Of a stretch of 64,000 bases of DNA, positions 62,434-64,000 are shown one piece after another. The position numbers and the translations under genes are program-made. Numbering within the stretch: the stretch's first letter is position 1; each line of letters opens with the position of its first letter. Source of the DNA: Novakomyces olei (Eukaryota); contig JADEYG010000002.1 of NCBI GenBank assembly GCA_016906335.1, positions 124,001-188,000 on the forward strand, given 5' to 3'. The notes beneath the pieces are model-generated. The model did not search any database, was not told where the DNA came from, and saw only the letters and a list, made by a program, of their open reading frames with translations.

Positions 62434-64000
62434 TTGCCTGACTATAGCGCGCTCGGATTATGTGTTCTGCCTCGACCGTTGCGGCTCTCACGATCGTCCA
62501 GCCAACATTGTCAGATTAGGCTTATCGCCCCGCAAGTAACATATCAAGTAATCTTCCTCGTACCTAATAATTTATATTAAAATTATATTGAAATTATATT
62601 TTAATTTTTATTATAAATTTAAATAGATGATATTGTTGAAAGAATTGGCATTGGGTGAAAAGTACGGTAGTTTTTGCACATCAAGTATAAACCCTAACCC
62701 TAATCCGGATACCCCGGATGGATGTGTTTTATCCTGTACGGTAGTTTGTCCCATTCGTCCATCTGTTAGAGATGCGCCAAAAATTATACCACGGACAAGT
62801 CGAACTCATGACTACCTTTTACAACTAATATTGTGCTAAAGGACAAAGTGCAATGTTATTTACAATTACTCCATGTGACCACAAAGAGGCATTCCTACGT
62901 GTCTGACATCGCTTGCTGCACTTTCGGAAAGAGAATAATTTTGTTTCAAATAGAATAAAAATAGAGAAAAAATAAGTAAAATTAAGAGTATATTAAGAAT
63001 CAAAATTAAAAATAGAGAATGAAGAATAAGGAATAAAGTGTAAAGTGTTGCAGCGTTTACGGGTTCCTCCTGCATGGAACATTAAGCATCTTAGTGCCAG
63101 TTCAAGTTCTCTATCGAGACAAAAGATGCTTTATCGGAGTAATGGAGCTTGAAATTTTGAAAGAAAAAATATTCCAAAATGTGCAATATTATTGTTTCGC
63201 GAGTGAATTGGAAATGGAAATGAAACAGAAATAATTGCAAATTGAACAGAGGCAAGTGCGGTTGAGCAGCATGCATACATGTTAATTTACGACACACAGG
63301 TGATGTTTATCGCTTAGTATTTCGGAAGCTTGGAACGAGTATTGAAGCTTCACAAACTACGGCGTAAATAGAATGTGTTTAATAAAAACTTTTCTCAAGC
63401 CGTTTTATGGGCCCTTTGTCGTGTCAAAGTTCTTTATGAAAGCCGTTTGTCCCTGAAACTACAACAACCATAAGTTGCTCACCTGCCGCGCTCTTTTGAC
63501 GCAATTAGCTTGAAATTCTAGTATGCTACATTACGTTTGGAACATTGAATGTGTAAATCAAAACTTGCTCATGGGCGATTGCACTTATCAAAATTACAGT
63601 TTAGCTACCCTTAAATGCCGAACCAAAAAGGTTGGAGCCTATTCGCTATATCTTTCACCAATCCCACGTAAGACCATGCACGTTGTCTTTTTGTCCGCAG
63701 AATATTGAACGTTTGACGCTCTCTGAATTAAATAACATCCTACATCTAATTTGAAATCTGACTCTGTTGCCAAAGCAGACTCGGCGGTGAGACGCCTTCC
63801 AATATTTGAGCGTCGTACAAGCCTTTCCACGCATATAAACGCTAATAGTATATAGGGTTCCTTCTAGCCCTCACTTTTTCCGGGTTATAAAGATTTACAC
63901 ACATTAATTTAATCAAAATTAAAAATATTTGCGACCCTTCCTCCCAATATTTTCTGCCCTTTTATTCGCAGCTAATCTTGCAGATAAGAGCTGCCTAATC

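Noticed and set aside
62866-63830. Short ORFs or a micro-exon gene at the right end
   Set aside because: Trial splicing on both strands gave no recognisable protein.

Overview
Gene-dense, intron-containing eukaryotic DNA from an ascomycete fungus. It is possibly an early-diverging, Taphrinomycotina-like lineage; this is an inference from the gene set, the very short introns and the frequent AAG acceptors. I can support 23 protein-coding genes. In order: Vnx1-type antiporter (partial), myosin I, TMEM14, exportin Msn5, Vma22, anoctamin, DUF3405, an MFS transporter, a Dur3-like transporter, a Zn2Cys6 regulator, an amidase, Avt3/4, a Cys-less peroxiredoxin-fold protein, a KASH-like coiled-coil protein, Pho87/90/91, a hotdog thioesterase, Sqs1, Atg4, a GAD/CSAD-like decarboxylase, Mad2, a LIM-binding-domain protein, an SPX-RING ligase and DUF726. 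Btn1, Fbp26 and Sdh5 follow, making 26 gene models in all. The main discovery is a four-gene block at about 17.8-27.0 kb (MFS, Dur3-like sodium:solute symporter, Zn2Cys6 factor, amidase). All its promoters share clustered CGGAATA(A) motifs phased at 11 or 22 bp, and two also carry GATAAG sites. This suggests a self-regulated cluster for using an unknown amide or ureide nitrogen source. Other points of interest are a pseudo-peroxiredoxin, telomere-like promoter boxes, a possible telomerase-RNA locus at the right end, a 10-nt micro-exon and long AT-rich microsatellites in promoters. All calls come from reading by eye; no database search or folding program was run.
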